In this document: piece after piece, positions 17,018 to 26,340 of the stretch | Layout: each line of letters begins with the position of its first letter | Position numbering within the stretch: position 1 is the stretch's first letter | Source: a virus | IMG/VR virus record: IMGVR_UViG_3300028563_000014 | Coordinates: 1-64,000 of that record | Direction: 5' to 3' (one strand) | DNA: 64,000 nucleotides | Made by a program: the position numbers and the translations under genes | Notes under the pieces: model-generated | Database searches by the model: none | What the model saw: only the letters and a program-made list of their open reading frames with translations | What the model was told of the DNA's origin: nothing

Positions 17018-17793
17018 CAGAACCCCTTGAAGCGAGGCGTGCTCACGGCGATCCAGAGGTCGGTCGCCGCCTGCACGTAGTCCCACGAGATGTCGAAGTA
17101 ACCGCCCTGGAAGACGTTCGTGCCCCAGCTGGTCAGCGACCGAGCTGCCCGATCGCCGTCGTGGCCGCACAGGACCATGGCGTGGCCCCCGGCGATCTGA
17201 TCCCCCGGCTCCGGCGGCTGGGCGATGCCCGTGGGCCCGAGGTTCCCAGAGCAGAACTGATCCGTGACCTGGACGCCGTAGACCACCAGGTGGCCGGCGC
17301 CCAGCGCTCGCTTGACGTCGTCCACCAGCGCGCCGCCGATCGACAGGATCCGGCGGTAGTCCGTCGGCTGCCGCTGGTCGAACGCCCCCTCCAGCACGGA
17401 CAGGGGCGGCTGCTTCTTCCACCGGTCCTCGCCGCTGTACGGCCAGAGCTCCTCCGGGCAGAAGCCGAACGTGGAGATCGCCTCGAACCCCAGGTGGATG
17501 AACGACCCGGCGTCCTGGTCGGTCTCCCGCAGATACGACCGGCCCAGCCAGTAGGCGGCGAGCCGAGACAAGATCGGCGTCTCCGCCGGCGCGCCCTCGG
17601 CCAGCTGGCACCCGCGGACCACGTTCGCGATCGAGTTGTAGACGCAGTCCTCGTAGTCCTGGTCGAGCACGGTCGTCAGCGAAACGAGGTCTGACGCCGC
17701 TGGCACCGGGCCCGCGCCCAGGTGCGGACGGGCGTCTCGCTGCGCACCGAGCCCCGGCGGAGATGGCCGGTAGCCGAGCCGGCGCGCGTTCAC
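17017..17793 (-). CDS. papain-like (C1A) cysteine peptidase
   Basis: VLDQDYEDC (Q...C), LSRLAAYW, GFCPEELWPY, GGHAMVLCG, TSWG...GGYF. Confidence 0.85.
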   Translation of the reverse strand: MNARRLGYRPSPPGLGAQRDARPHLGAGPVPAASDLVSLTTVLDQDYEDCVYNSIANVVRGCQLAEGAPAETPILSRLAAYWLGRSYLRETDQDAGSFIHLGFEAISTFGFCPEELWPYSGEDRWKKQPPLSVLEGAFDQRQPTDYRRILSIGGALVDDVKRALGAGHLVVYGVQVTDQFCSGNLGPTGIAQPPEPGDQIAGGHAMVLCGHDGDRAARSLTSWGTNVFQGGYFDISWDYVQAATDLWIAVSTPRFKGF

Positions 17794-18176
17794 GTCCCGC
17801 TCCCGGCTGCCAGCGCCACGTGGGTGATCCAGTCGCCCAGGCTGCCCCCGGCCCACCCGCACGAGCAATTCCCGGGCGTGGTGGCGATCCTAACGTGCCT
17901 CAGCATCGCCGCGCGGAAGTCCTGCGTGGTCCGGATCTTCGCAGTCGAGGCCGCCTGCGACTCGGCCGCTGACACGCCGGACGTCTGCGCCGCCCGCTGC
18001 TCACCAATCACGTCATTGGCGCGCGCGATCAGGACGTCGAGCCCGGCGTCCACCAGGACGCCGACCACCCGCTCCGTCAGCAGGACCCCGGGGAACGGCA
18101 CGGAGACCAGCTCCGCGAGCTTCAGGACGTCGTCCACGACGTCCTTCGCCACCTGCGCCTGTGGCACGCCGCTCAT
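17790..18176 (-). CDS. hypothetical protein
   Basis: 128 aa, C-terminal H..CSC...H. Confidence 0.55.
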   Translation of the reverse strand: MSGVPQAQVAKDVVDDVLKLAELVSVPFPGVLLTERVVGVLVDAGLDVLIARANDVIGEQRAAQTSGVSAAESQAASTAKIRTTQDFRAAMLRHVRIATTPGNCSCGWAGGSLGDWITHVALAAGSGT

Positions 18177-18178
18177 GG

Positions 18179-18673
18179 CTACGACCGCGGGGCCGACAAG
18201 ATCGCCGGGTCTGAGATTACGTAGCGGGTTCCCGGCGGCAGCGAACGAACGGAGACGCGCCCCGGCGCGCCGACGCGCTGCACGCCCAGCGGCCCCAGCA
18301 GTGCCATAACGCTCACGTAGGCCGTCTGGAAGTCCTGGAATGCCTCGGCGATCTGCACCTGCGAGAGCGCCTGGGTCCCTTGGCAGATCTTCAGGCCGGC
18401 ATCGTTCGCCACCTGCGCGTCCGAGATGCCGATTTCGATCTTCGCCTGAAGTGCCGGGTTGGGTGCGGTTGCGAAGATCGCCTGCTCGGTGGCCCTCACG
18501 ACGACCAGGGCGACCTGGGCGTCCTTCGCGTACGCCTCGGCCTGCGGCAGGTTGTTGATGACCGGTGCCAGGTGAGCGCACCCGGGGGACATGCCGACGG
18601 CGATCATCGCCACCCCGAGGATCAGCCCGGACAACGTGCAGGCTACACCGCAGATCCGCGCGAGCTTCTTCAT
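18179..18673 (-). CDS. putative lipoprotein
   Basis: Basic N-terminus, hydrophobic stretch, SPGC; own promoter. Confidence 0.6.
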   Translation of the reverse strand: MKKLARICGVACTLSGLILGVAMIAVGMSPGCAHLAPVINNLPQAEAYAKDAQVALVVVRATEQAIFATAPNPALQAKIEIGISDAQVANDAGLKICQGTQALSQVQIAEAFQDFQTAYVSVMALLGPLGVQRVGAPGRVSVRSLPPGTRYVISDPAILSAPRS

Positions 18674-18706
18674 GCGGTCAACTCTGCGCCTGCCCGCGCG
18701 CGACTG

Positions 18707-18937
18707 TCAACCTTGCGGGGCTGCAGCATCCAGCGCGTCGAGCGTCACGGAGATGGCCGTTCGCAGCGACGTCAGCGCGTGCGACAGCGCCGCTACCTGC
18801 TCCGTCAACTCATTTGCGCGCTGGGCCACCAGCGTTACCTCGGCCTTCAGAACGGAAGCGCGGCTGGCGGTCTCTCGGGCTTCTCGCCCCAGGACCACCA
18901 GCCGCTGTCTGATTTCGGAGCGCTGACGCTCCGTCAT
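18707..18937 (-). CDS. small coiled-coil protein
   Basis: 76 aa heptad pattern. Confidence 0.5.
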   Translation of the reverse strand: MTERQRSEIRQRLVVLGREARETASRASVLKAEVTLVAQRANELTEQVAALSHALTSLRTAISVTLDALDAAAPQG

Positions 18938-18944
18938 GGAGACC

Positions 18945-19349
18945 TCAGCTCGAGGGAACCGCCGAGACCTCGGGCAGCTGCAGCTCGTAGACGCTGGCCG
19001 GCACCGCCTCCTGCGACGGGATCGGCGGGTTCAGGTCCATGTGGCCGGGGTGCGCCGGGCTGCCCGCCTTGAAGGTCGCGTACTTCTCGCCCTTCACGTA
19101 GACGGTGGCCTCCGTGATCAGGGAGTTCGCCGGGATCATCTGCTTCGTGAAGATCCGGGCATCCTTCGGGTCGCGCAGTTCATGCGCCGGGTGGAACACC
19201 ACGTCCGCCTTCGAGAAGGCGAGCAGGATGTCTCCGCCGGCCAGGTTGATCGGCGTGAGCTTGACGTAGGTCGTCCAGGCTTCCTCGCCGTCCTCGCCCT
19301 GGCGGGGAACCCGAGAGATGAGAGCGCACTTGCAGAGGATCTTCGGCAT
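18945..19349 (-). CDS. hypothetical protein
   Basis: 134 aa, AAAGGA upstream. Confidence 0.6.
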   Translation of the reverse strand: MPKILCKCALISRVPRQGEDGEEAWTTYVKLTPINLAGGDILLAFSKADVVFHPAHELRDPKDARIFTKQMIPANSLITEATVYVKGEKYATFKAGSPAHPGHMDLNPPIPSQEAVPASVYELQLPEVSAVPSS

Positions 19350-19377
19350 GGTCTTCGTCCTTTTCGATTGCTGTTTT

Positions 19378-19788
19378 TCAGAGCCCCATGGACGCCCGGG
19401 AGCGTGCCTGGGCCTCCTGTCGGTCGAACTTCTTCTCCCACACCTCGCACGGCCCGTCCCCTGCCATCTTCTTCGAGCAGGTCTTGCAGCAGGGGCGCCT
19501 GCACGCGCTGCAGAAGCAGCCGATGTCGTCCAGGCGCTGCGAGAACTCGACGATCGTCACGTGCTGGCAGTGCCCGCAGGTGAACGTCTCCTTCTCGACC
19601 AGCTTCCCGGTCGAGACGTCCTCGGTGAGGAAATACCCCTTGCGGCGCCCCTGGATCTCGAAGGAGATCCGGGGGACGCCCTCCGCCTTCGGACGGGCGT
19701 GCGCGTTGTACCGGTAGCCGTCGGATACCTCCTCCGGTGGAGGGGGAGGCATCTCGCCGTCTGCGGTCGATGTGACCGAGGTATCCAC
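19378..19788 (-). CDS. Zn-finger-like Cys-rich protein
   Basis: FTCGHC...FCSACRRPCCKTC...C. Confidence 0.65.
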   Translation of the reverse strand: MDTSVTSTADGEMPPPPPEEVSDGYRYNAHARPKAEGVPRISFEIQGRRKGYFLTEDVSTGKLVEKETFTCGHCQHVTIVEFSQRLDDIGCFCSACRRPCCKTCSKKMAGDGPCEVWEKKFDRQEAQARSRASMGL

Positions 19789-19812
19789 GCGCGCGCTCGA
19801 GGGCCTTCCTCG

Positions 19813-20262
19813 TTACTCGACGAAGTCGCTGTTGACGTCGACCGTGGTCAGCGCGCCGCCGGGGGCCTGGATCTGGAAACCCAGGCCGTTGGCGGTGACC
19901 GCCAGGAAGCAGAGCTCGGCGTCCGGGTTGTAGCCCATCCACTGGCCGAAGCTGCGCGGGTTGAAGCAGACGTCCAGCATCGGCTCGCCGGTGGTGTAGG
20001 TCGGCTCGGCCGAGGCGTTCGAACCTGCGACGCCGCCCGCCACGCTCACGCCGTTCTTCGGGCGAGGGGTGACCGCGGTGCTGGTGCCGGCCGCCGTCGA
20101 CTGGCGAACGAACACCTGGACCGAGGCGTCCGACGACGGCGCGCCGGTGGTCCCGATGCGGAACGCCACCAGGCGGGACCGGAGGGTCGACGACCCGGTG
20201 AGGACGAGAGGGGTCTTGGTCGCCGCGGGGGCGATGGATCCGGAAGCGCCGAAAGTGGGCAT
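19813..20262 (-). CDS. putative virion structural protein
   Basis: Ser/Thr/Ala-rich and beta-type; own promoter plus AAGGAG SD. Confidence 0.6.
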   Translation of the reverse strand: MPTFGASGSIAPAATKTPLVLTGSSTLRSRLVAFRIGTTGAPSSDASVQVFVRQSTAAGTSTAVTPRPKNGVSVAGGVAGSNASAEPTYTTGEPMLDVCFNPRSFGQWMGYNPDAELCFLAVTANGLGFQIQAPGGALTTVDVNSDFVE

Positions 20263-20340
20263 TGCGTCTGCTCCTTGATGGGAAAGATTGCCGTGCTGGC
20301 TCCGGACATGCTGCCGGACCCCGGGAGCAACCGTCAAGAT

Positions 20341-20715
20341 TCAGCCGGCGACTAGGTAGTGCAGCGCGCCCACGCCCGCGACGACCACGGCCGTCATCAC
20401 CGTCATGTCCGACGACCACACCACCTCGCGATCGAACGGGATCGCCTGTGGGGGACCCGCCGCCGTCGTGAAGAATGCCACCATCGGGGCATCGGACTGC
20501 AGCAGCACCAGGCGCGCGCCGGCCCCGACCGGGACGACGAAGGCGTCCACCGGCGGGCCGCCTGACCCGGGTGCCCCGGTGGCGACCGCCGCGTCCCCGG
20601 ACTGGTACGAGTCGACCTCGACCTCTTCGAAGACCTGGTACCGGGAGAGCGTCGTCGTGTTGCCGGCGTAGCCCGGATCGACGACCGCCGCCCCGCGCAT
20701 GCGAACGCGCACCAT
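20341..20715 (-). CDS. small beta-rich structural protein (paralog family A)
   Basis: Similar to 20722-21081 and 54443-54832. Confidence 0.6.
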   Translation of the reverse strand: MVRVRMRGAAVVDPGYAGNTTTLSRYQVFEEVEVDSYQSGDAAVATGAPGSGGPPVDAFVVPVGAGARLVLLQSDAPMVAFFTTAAGPPQAIPFDREVVWSSDMTVMTAVVVAGVGALHYLVAG

Positions 20716-20721
20716 GTCGCG

Positions 20722-21081
20722 TCAGTCCCCCGCCAGGAGGTACTCCAGCACGCCGGTCCCGACGATTCGGATCGTCGAGTACGGCGACCGGTCGGACTCC
20801 AGGAACAGGATCCGGTCGAACGGCACGCGCTGGTCGGCGCCCCCGGCCCCGCTCGACAGCAGCGCCGTCAGCAGGTCGCCCCGGAGCGACTTCAGCAGGA
20901 CGAACTTGATGCTCACGATCGATCCCTGGTCCAGGGTCATCGGCGAGATGTCCGTGCCGGCGACCCCACCGGACCCGCTCCGCTCCGCGCTGTAGGTCTT
21001 CTTCCCGGCCAGGGAGACCGTGGTGGTCAGCCCGCCGCACCCGGAGGGGCTGAGGTTCGCCGTTCCCGCGATCTCGAGCAT
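20722..21081 (-). CDS. small beta-rich structural protein (paralog family A)
   Basis: Ends IVGTGVLEYLLAGD; VPFDR matches IPFDR in its neighbour. Confidence 0.6.
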   Translation of the reverse strand: MLEIAGTANLSPSGCGGLTTTVSLAGKKTYSAERSGSGGVAGTDISPMTLDQGSIVSIKFVLLKSLRGDLLTALLSSGAGGADQRVPFDRILFLESDRSPYSTIRIVGTGVLEYLLAGD

Positions 21082-21109
21082 GGGACGGATGGTACCAGCC
21101 GGCGGCCCG

Positions 21110-23620
21110 TCAGGTCACGATCACGTCTACATCCAGCAGCAGCAGCAGCTGGAACTGCACGCCCTTCGGGCGCTCGATCACCGGGTTCACCTCGACGTCC
21201 ACCCAAGCCGTCCCGTCCCAGATCGCTGGCGGCCGCCGCCACCCGGACCGCAGCAGCACCATGTCGCCCAGGAACGACGCGGGCGGGGGAGGCGGGGGCG
21301 ATACCCCGGCTCCTACGTCCGCCGCGCCAGCGCGACGCCAGGCCGCCCCGAAGGGCGCTCGGATCAGCTCCCCGTCCGGCGGCGGCAGCGCCAGGCCGGC
21401 GGCGGAGACCACCCACCCCACGGCGTCGTAGCGCCCGGAGGCGCGCGCGGCGGCGCGGGCCCGCGCGATCTCTTCCGGCAGCGGAGGGCGCCCGCCGGCC
21501 AGGGAGGCGTCCTCGACCAGCTGGATCACTCGCGGCGGCGCGCGGCGCACCGGCGCCTGCCACGCCTCGTCAGGAAGCGGCGGGTGCGTCGCCCCTGCCC
21601 CCACCACCAGCTCCTCGGTCCGCGCGACCACGCGGCCCGACTGGCGCCGGACCTGCGCCTGCTCGGAGAGCGTCCCCAGCGGGGAGACCGGCGGCGGGGC
21701 GAACGGCTCGCGCTCCGGACGACCACGGGGAACGGGCGGGCGGATCGGCTGCTCGTCGTACCAGGGAGACATCTGCGCCACCACCGGAGGCGCTGCCCAC
21801 GGCTCGCGCTCCGGGCGTCCGCGGGGCACCGTGGTCCGCGGCGCAGTCTCCCAGAACCACGTAGCCGTGAACGCGGGCGGGACGAACACCGACGAATTCC
21901 AGGAATCCGGGACCAGCAGCGCCGCCCAGGCGCGTCGCGCGGGCGGCCGGGGCTCCGTCACCGCGTAGTGCGGCAAGAGGGACGCCAGCGGCGGCGCGGC
22001 GAACGGCTGGTCGACCTGTCGCCGTGAAATGACCAGCGGCGCGCGTAGCACCTGCTCCGGGAGAGCGGACGGTAGCTGAGTGGCGGCGGGCGCGCCGAGC
22101 GCCTCGCCTCCCGGTTGCGCGCGGGGGCGCGGGGGCGCGGGCCGAGCCGGCTGGTCGTTGAGGGCTCCTGGAGCAGGTGCGGCAGCGTCCGCTCCAGGAG
22201 CGCGGGCCCGGATCACAGCGGAGGGCCGAGCCATCACCGGGTCCTCGGCCCACGTCCCGAGCTGCGCGGACGGAGGCGCCGCGAACGGCTCGCGGTCCAA
22301 CCGGCCCCGCGGGATGGCCGGGTGCGGCGGGTTGTCCTCATACCAGGGCGCCAGTTGAGCGACCGGGGGGAGCGCCATCGGCTCCCTCTCCGGGCGCCCG
22401 CGCGGGACGTTGGTTGCGGCCGGCGTCTCCGCGTACCAGGGCGCCAGGGCCCCAACCGGCGGCGCAGCCCAGGCGTCTACCGGGGTGCCGCGCCAGACGC
22501 CCTGGCGCCGCGCCAGCAGCGGGTCTTCGAGCGCGGGGGGCAGGGAGAGCGACGTCGCCAGGGGCGCCGGGGCCCCCTCCTGCGCGACCCTGCGCACCTG
22601 GGGCGCGCGCGGCGGCAGGAACGGGGCATCGCCCAGCGCCGGCAGCGGCGCGCCCAGCGAGGCCTCTCCTGCGCGCTGGCGCGCAGCCACGCGACCCAGC
22701 GCGGCCGGGGACTCGAATCCAAAGCCGGGGACGACCGTCGACCCGGGCGGCAGCTCGAAGACGTGCAGCGGGACCCGAGTCGGGGCGCGCCACGGAGGAA
22801 CGGAGACGACGGGGGGGAGGGCCAAGATCGGAACAGGCAGGAGAGCGGAGACGACGTCGCTGGCTGAGAGCGCCAGGGCGAGCTCGCGCCGCCGTTGCGT
22901 CGCATGGAGCGCGCGCGCGGCCACGAGCAGCGCCGGATCCCTCTCCTCGAACCACGGCAGCAGACTGCCTGACGCGAACGGCGCCGTGCTCGCGATCCGA
23001 ACCGCCGTCGTGTGGCCTGCTAGCGTCCCCGTGTACGTTCCGGCCACGAGGTCCGTGACGGTGGTGTTGCTGTCCGGGGACTCGTCGAAATTCCAATAGG
23101 CGACCAGGCCCGAGGTGCTCGGGTTCATCGTCTGGTTCCAGTTCGCTGCGATCTGCCCGCTGGTGCGGGCGACGTTCCAGAGGCGCACCTCATCGAGCGT
23201 GATATCGGCCGTATTGCCGGCGCTTCCGGACCCTAAATTTGCGAACGCGAAGGTCCCGGAGAACGAATTCAGCGTCGTTGGCGTCCCAGCAACCCCATTG
23301 ATGTAATAGGAAAGCGTCGTTCCGCTGCGAACGATCGCGATGTGGTACCACGTGCTCGCGCTGATCGTCTCAGAGCCGACGATGTAGTTCGTTCCCGTCG
23401 ACCCGAGAAAGAACTGCAGGACGTCCGCGTAGAACTCGATCTCCTGGTAGGTGTTCGAAGGGCCGGCGAGAACGTAGTCCTGGTATCCGCCGCCGCCGCC
23501 GTGAGCTGTTCCTCTCTTGACGAAAAACTCGATCGTGAAATCGCCGGATATCGACGGCGTGGACCCGAGGGCTACGTACTGGCCCTCGGTGTAGTCGAGT
23601 GGGAGTGCCCGGTTCGACAT
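21110..23620 (-). CDS. LamG/concanavalin-like domain followed by long Pro/Arg/Ala-rich repeats
   Basis: FTIEFFVK, TWYHIAIVR, LDEVRLWNVART, GLVAYWNFDE; then ~30-aa PW...PRGRPEREP repeats. Confidence 0.75.
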   Translation of the reverse strand: MSNRALPLDYTEGQYVALGSTPSISGDFTIEFFVKRGTAHGGGGGYQDYVLAGPSNTYQEIEFYADVLQFFLGSTGTNYIVGSETISASTWYHIAIVRSGTTLSYYINGVAGTPTTLNSFSGTFAFANLGSGSAGNTADITLDEVRLWNVARTSGQIAANWNQTMNPSTSGLVAYWNFDESPDSNTTVTDLVAGTYTGTLAGHTTAVRIASTAPFASGSLLPWFEERDPALLVAARALHATQRRRELALALSASDVVSALLPVPILALPPVVSVPPWRAPTRVPLHVFELPPGSTVVPGFGFESPAALGRVAARQRAGEASLGAPLPALGDAPFLPPRAPQVRRVAQEGAPAPLATSLSLPPALEDPLLARRQGVWRGTPVDAWAAPPVGALAPWYAETPAATNVPRGRPEREPMALPPVAQLAPWYEDNPPHPAIPRGRLDREPFAAPPSAQLGTWAEDPVMARPSAVIRARAPGADAAAPAPGALNDQPARPAPPRPRAQPGGEALGAPAATQLPSALPEQVLRAPLVISRRQVDQPFAAPPLASLLPHYAVTEPRPPARRAWAALLVPDSWNSSVFVPPAFTATWFWETAPRTTVPRGRPEREPWAAPPVVAQMSPWYDEQPIRPPVPRGRPEREPFAPPPVSPLGTLSEQAQVRRQSGRVVARTEELVVGAGATHPPLPDEAWQAPVRRAPPRVIQLVEDASLAGGRPPLPEEIARARAAARASGRYDAVGWVVSAAGLALPPPDGELIRAPFGAAWRRAGAADVGAGVSPPPPPPASFLGDMVLLRSGWRRPPAIWDGTAWVDVEVNPVIERPKGVQFQLLLLLDVDVIVT

Positions 23621-23626
23621 GGCTCC

Positions 23627-25414
23627 TCAGAAGCCCCCGTACAAGAACAGGCCCGCGCGCCCGACAGTGATCGTCGGTCCGCCGTTCAGCTGAGCCATCC
23701 CGAACCCAGCGCGCATGTAGTCGTTGATCGCCGCAGCCATCCACTGGGGATGAGGATTATTTCTGGAGACCGTCCGAATCGCGGCCAGGTACCCGGCAGC
23801 ATTCGTGAGCCCAATGCTGGCGGCGTAGCTGTCCAGGTTGCGGGACGGAGCAGGGAACGACGTCGTCGCTGTCGACGGTCCGGCCTCGCTGCTCGCGCCG
23901 AGCCAGTTCGATCCGCCGCTGCTATAGCCGTGGTACGTCGAACCGTCCGTCCAGAAGTGCGACGTCGAGAGAAGCGAGTAGGTGTTCCCCGTGAACGTGA
24001 ACGGCGTGAAGATCGCGCTGTCCACCTCGTAGGCCCCTTGGCCTTGGTCGGGGTCCTGGATGACGTTCGAGAAGATCTTGATGTTCGACCACGTCGGGCG
24101 CGCGGTGACGAGGATGCCCGTGTCGTGCATCCGATAGATCACGTTGTTGTCGATGTTCAGGTTCCCGCTGAACTGCGTGCTAGTGTCGTCGTCGATGGCG
24201 ATCGCGAAGGTCCCATTCGTGTAGCTGTAGTCGGTGAACAGGTTGTGCTCGATCACCGATCCGTTGTTGTTTTTCATCTCGATGCCCCACCCGAGGCTGC
24301 GCCCGGTGGGGTTGCTCTGGTTCGTCTGGCTCAGGACGTTCCACGTGATGCTGCTGTTCGTGATGCACCCTGTCCCGTCGCACGACGATCCGGGCGTGCC
24401 GTTCGCCATGCTGATGCCGACCTCGCCCTGGAAGAAGAAATTATTGTAGGCGACGGTGTTGTTCGTGACCGTGATGTCCGTTCGCCCGTACTGAACGAAT
24501 TTCAGACTCAGCGAGGATGACCTGCCAAAGATATTCCCACGAGCTGTTACGGCCGTGCTGTCCTCGATGTAGACGTGATGGTTGAAGACGTCGGCAGGTT
24601 GGCCGCCGGTCACGTTCCATGCGTTCATATCAAACCAGTTCTCTTCGAAGATGGTCCCAAATGTTCCCGTGCTCGCCGCCGCGATGTACGCCCCTTGCGC
24701 GTGGCCACCGCAGCTTGACGGGTTTCCGTTGTACTGGTCGGTGATGACGTTGCGGCGGATCACGATATCCGTCGGGTGGACGAGGCTGACGTAGGCGATA
24801 TTGATCCCGTCCTCGAAGAAGTGGAACCAGTTGTCCTCGATGAGGAGGTCTGACCCCGCGTCGAAGATCGTGATTCCATTCGTACACGGGGCGGCTCCTC
24901 CCGATCCCCCGCCGGCACCCGCATAGTTGCCGCTCGCCGGGTCCTTGGCCGCGTCATAGAAATCCAACCCGATGATGTAGACGTGGCTCAGCGTCCCCGA
25001 CCCGCCCCGGCTGATGAACGAGCCTACGCTGCTGCTGCTGCTCGTCTGCAGCCGCGGCCTCGTCGTGCTGCCGGTGGAATAGCTCGATATCACGATGGGC
25101 TCGTCTGAGCCGCGACCGTTGAAGTTCGTCGGAAGGCCGAGACCTTCATCCGTCCACGTATCTCCAGCCTTCAGGTACAGGTGGTCAGGCTTGCCGTTGC
25201 GGATGAGCGCCAGCGCGTTCGAGAGGTGGCGCTTCGGAAGCGACGGGCTCAGGCCGCTGTTGCTGTCGCTGCCGCTGGTGCTGACGTAGACGTCGACCGT
25301 GTCGGAAGAGTCGGCCACCAGCGTGTAGCCGTTGCCATCGCGCGTGACGTTGGCAGCCCACGCAGAACTGCTGAGTCCCACGATGGCAACGACGATAGCG
25401 GCGTGAAGCCTCAC
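23627..25414 (-). CDS. right-handed beta-helix protein with signal peptide (depolymerase/adhesin-like)
   Basis: GTG start (GTGA overlap) MRLHAAIVVAIVGLSSSAWA; YVSTSGSDSNSGLSPSLP; repeated IEDN/IRRN/FEEN/ARGN rungs. Confidence 0.8.
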   Translation of the reverse strand: MRLHAAIVVAIVGLSSSAWAANVTRDGNGYTLVADSSDTVDVYVSTSGSDSNSGLSPSLPKRHLSNALALIRNGKPDHLYLKAGDTWTDEGLGLPTNFNGRGSDEPIVISSYSTGSTTRPRLQTSSSSSVGSFISRGGSGTLSHVYIIGLDFYDAAKDPASGNYAGAGGGSGGAAPCTNGITIFDAGSDLLIEDNWFHFFEDGINIAYVSLVHPTDIVIRRNVITDQYNGNPSSCGGHAQGAYIAAASTGTFGTIFEENWFDMNAWNVTGGQPADVFNHHVYIEDSTAVTARGNIFGRSSSLSLKFVQYGRTDITVTNNTVAYNNFFFQGEVGISMANGTPGSSCDGTGCITNSSITWNVLSQTNQSNPTGRSLGWGIEMKNNNGSVIEHNLFTDYSYTNGTFAIAIDDDTSTQFSGNLNIDNNVIYRMHDTGILVTARPTWSNIKIFSNVIQDPDQGQGAYEVDSAIFTPFTFTGNTYSLLSTSHFWTDGSTYHGYSSGGSNWLGASSEAGPSTATTSFPAPSRNLDSYAASIGLTNAAGYLAAIRTVSRNNPHPQWMAAAINDYMRAGFGMAQLNGGPTITVGRAGLFLYGGF

Positions 25415-26340
25415 AGCGCGCACCCGACAACCAGACCGACGCCATGCCTCGCTTGCCACCACCCGGGGACACTCATGTCGATGACTTCGACCGGTCCCGG
25501 TGGGTGCAAACCGGCAAGCACACAAGGGGGAGTAGACCAGCCAAGTGCAAACATGAAAGCATCGTAGTTCGTCGTCCCTCCTCCGTTGGGGTCGGCGTCG
25601 TTATTCGCCAGGATCGCCGAATTGTGAGACGTCGCTTCAGTAGAGCCGAGCGGATTGGACGGGTCATAAAATGCCGCATAGGAAATGTAACTCGGCAATG
25701 TCAACGTGGCGTAGTTGCTGAATAACAGCGCGTTCGATGACCACGTGCTCGAAGTTGAGTCGACGGCTGACGCGGACGTCAACTCAGACGAAACCGTGGC
25801 GGTCAGCGCGCTTCCGTTGCGCCATGCCTTTATTCGAGACGCCGCCGCTTGCCCCGTGTCAACGGCTACCTGCAATCGATTGCGCCCCGCCGCCCATGGG
25901 AATGAGTAGTTCCCATTAGACGAGTAGACCTCCAGCGCCGTCCCGGTTCCCGAGACGAACACCAAGAAGACGTACGCGATATTCACGTTTCCTACCTCTG
26001 CGATGATGTCGAATGACGCCGGCGTGGTGTCATCGAATTCGCACTCGAAGTAGAGCTTCGTTGTGCCGCCGTATGCGGTCTGGAACTTCGTTCCGTTAAG
26101 CGCAGCTGACGTAGCCGTGGCAGCACCGGCAAAATTGTAATAACCACCCCCGCTGTTGCTGCCCCACGCTGAACTCCCGCCCGCAGTGATCGTTGCGGCG
26201 ACCGGTGAAGCAGCGGAGTCACCGATGGTGGTCCCGGTTCCTTCGTTGAATTTATAGAGCGCCAGCGGTGTCGTCGCCGCTGCAGGCGCGGACGCCAGGA
26301 GCATGACCAGCGCGAGTAGGAGTTTCTGCAGCCGGCGCAT
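25411..26340 (-). CDS. LamG-like protein with signal peptide
   Basis: ATG 26340 (TGATG overlap) MRRLQKLLLALVMLLASAPAAA; ALYKFNEGTGTTIGDS. Confidence 0.75.
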   Translation of the reverse strand: MRRLQKLLLALVMLLASAPAAATTPLALYKFNEGTGTTIGDSAASPVAATITAGGSSAWGSNSGGGYYNFAGAATATSAALNGTKFQTAYGGTTKLYFECEFDDTTPASFDIIAEVGNVNIAYVFLVFVSGTGTALEVYSSNGNYSFPWAAGRNRLQVAVDTGQAAASRIKAWRNGSALTATVSSELTSASAVDSTSSTWSSNALLFSNYATLTLPSYISYAAFYDPSNPLGSTEATSHNSAILANNDADPNGGGTTNYDAFMFALGWSTPPCVLAGLHPPGPVEVIDMSVPGWWQARHGVGLVVGCAL

